Source: Ginglymostoma cirratum
Taxonomy: Eukaryota
NCBI GenBank assembly: GCA_024137785.1
Contig: JAHRHZ010000058.1
Location: forward strand, 18,404,215 to 18,468,214
Direction: 5' to 3'
DNA length: 64,000 bases
The notes beneath the pieces are model-generated. The model searched no databases. It had not been told where the DNA came from and saw only the letters and a list, made by a program, of their open reading frames with translations. Of the stretch, positions 62,497 to 64,000 are shown piece after piece. The translations under genes and the position numbers were made by a program. The first letter of the stretch is position 1. The number at the start of each line of letters is the position of its first letter.

Positions 62497-64000
62497 GTAA
62501 GTGGGTGATAGTAAATACTTTACACCTGAACTGTAAGGATGATTAGCATGTTTATAGTATTAATGAGTCAGGAATTTATGTCAGTTTATAATCTGAGAAA
62601 TGAGATAAACACCTGCCAACCTTTGTACCAAAGGAAATATTTATTAAGATTGACGTCTGGGCACAGAGGATATAAATTACAATCGCAGGCTTTAAATTTT
62701 TAATCTGTTATAATTGACGTTCAATTATCCTGATGCTTTCTAAATTGAAACAAGTTATTCTGACTGTCTCTGTAACTAGTCCTGAGGAGCAGTATTTGGA
62801 TAGAGGAACCTGATTTGTTAAGAAAATAATTAATAGGAAGCATCTTTATGAGTTGAGTTTTTATTGAGTAACGTTTTTGAGCCATGATTGTAACTAATTT
62901 CCATCTATTCTGTCTTAAAGTTAAAAGTCAAGGTGTAACTGACAAAGGTGCTAGTTTGTCAATAAACTAATTCCAGCTTGAAATCCCAGAGGTTGTGTTG
63001 TTACGAACATGCCATGCAGGAGTGTGCCAGATTCAGACATCCAACTGTCTTTGCACCAAGTGGTTAATAAGAATTTTACCCTAAGTATTGAGACACCTGC
63101 TGTGGATGGAAAGTTGCCAGCTTTTTCAGCCTGCTGATCAAAGAAGCAATAGACTAACAAGCTAATTCTAATTGCCAAGCATTCAGATGTCCCAGAAGGA
63201 TTTGGAACCCCTGAAATAGTCCTCGGACAATGTAATAAGCATGTTTAGAAAATGTACCGAACAGAAAAAATACATGCAGCAGATCGTGTTCCTAATGCAG
63301 AGGCCATAAATGCTTTCAATGGTACTACGTCTGTTAGTGCCTGTGAAATATTTCAACGATAGACATTGCGTTAATTTTTCTGTACTCATTTCCAATTTGC
63401 ATTTGCAATGTCTGCCCAAAGTGAGATCCTCTCCTTGAAAGAGTAGGTAGTCTTATTAAAAGGTAGTATTTTAACATTTGTGGCTGTTCATTGTATTCCA
63501 AGTCAGTTTTGATCTTGATATTCGTCAAATTTCAAAAATCACTTGAGCAAACTGGGGTGACATGGTGCCGTAAAAAGCACAGGGCAAAAGCTCTCAGGAC
63601 TTGGTTTGCTTGACCTTCTGGTGATCTTTGAAGCACTTTTGATTGCATCAGTGGAAAAGGCAAAAAAATCTGTCTTTTTGACAATGGAATAAAAATGTAG
63701 CTGGTTGAGATGGGATCTTGAAGGATATTGTGAATCAATCACCTACACGGATGTTGGTGCTCCTAATCTATTTTAGGCAGCAAATCTTACTTTCTGTGTA
63801 TTATAGAACCCTTCAAAATAAGCCAATCTCAGCAAGGATTGTTTAAAGGTGGAATTTCAGTGCAGGCGTTTAATAAAAACCTGTGTCGTGGTAAATTGGA
63901 ACATTTAGGATGTATTAATGGTTCTGCCTATAGTTACATATTGTATTTTAACTGATGTAAAACTCGTAAATAGGTATGATGCAGCAAAAAATATGTCCAG

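Overview
Vertebrate genomic DNA, very likely a shark or other elasmobranch (HE1-type V-SINE, CR1/HER1-like LINEs, Deu-domain SINEs). The whole window lies inside one + strand gene, laminin subunit gamma-1 (LAMC1). Nineteen consecutive GT-AG exons (13004-62496; equivalent to human exons 3-21, numbering from memory) splice into an uninterrupted 2981-nt reading frame. It runs from the end of the LN domain through LE repeats, the L4 domain and the nidogen-binding NIDPNAV repeat into the coiled coil. The introns hold decayed CR1, L2 and other LINE pieces, SINEs, a Tigger/pogo transposon and a 400-N gap. The most striking non-coding signal is about a dozen short (90-250 bp) repeats, often inverted-repeat cassettes with 6-16 bp target-site duplications. 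They carry a minimal type I hammerhead ribozyme motif (CUGAnGA-A-stem II-GAAAC-GUH) with compensatory changes in stem II, as expected of Penelope-like element termini. One copy with a fully canonical core (47588-47615) is in the sense orientation of the LAMC1 pre-mRNA. All repeat family names come from recognition, not a database search, and repeat boundaries are approximate.
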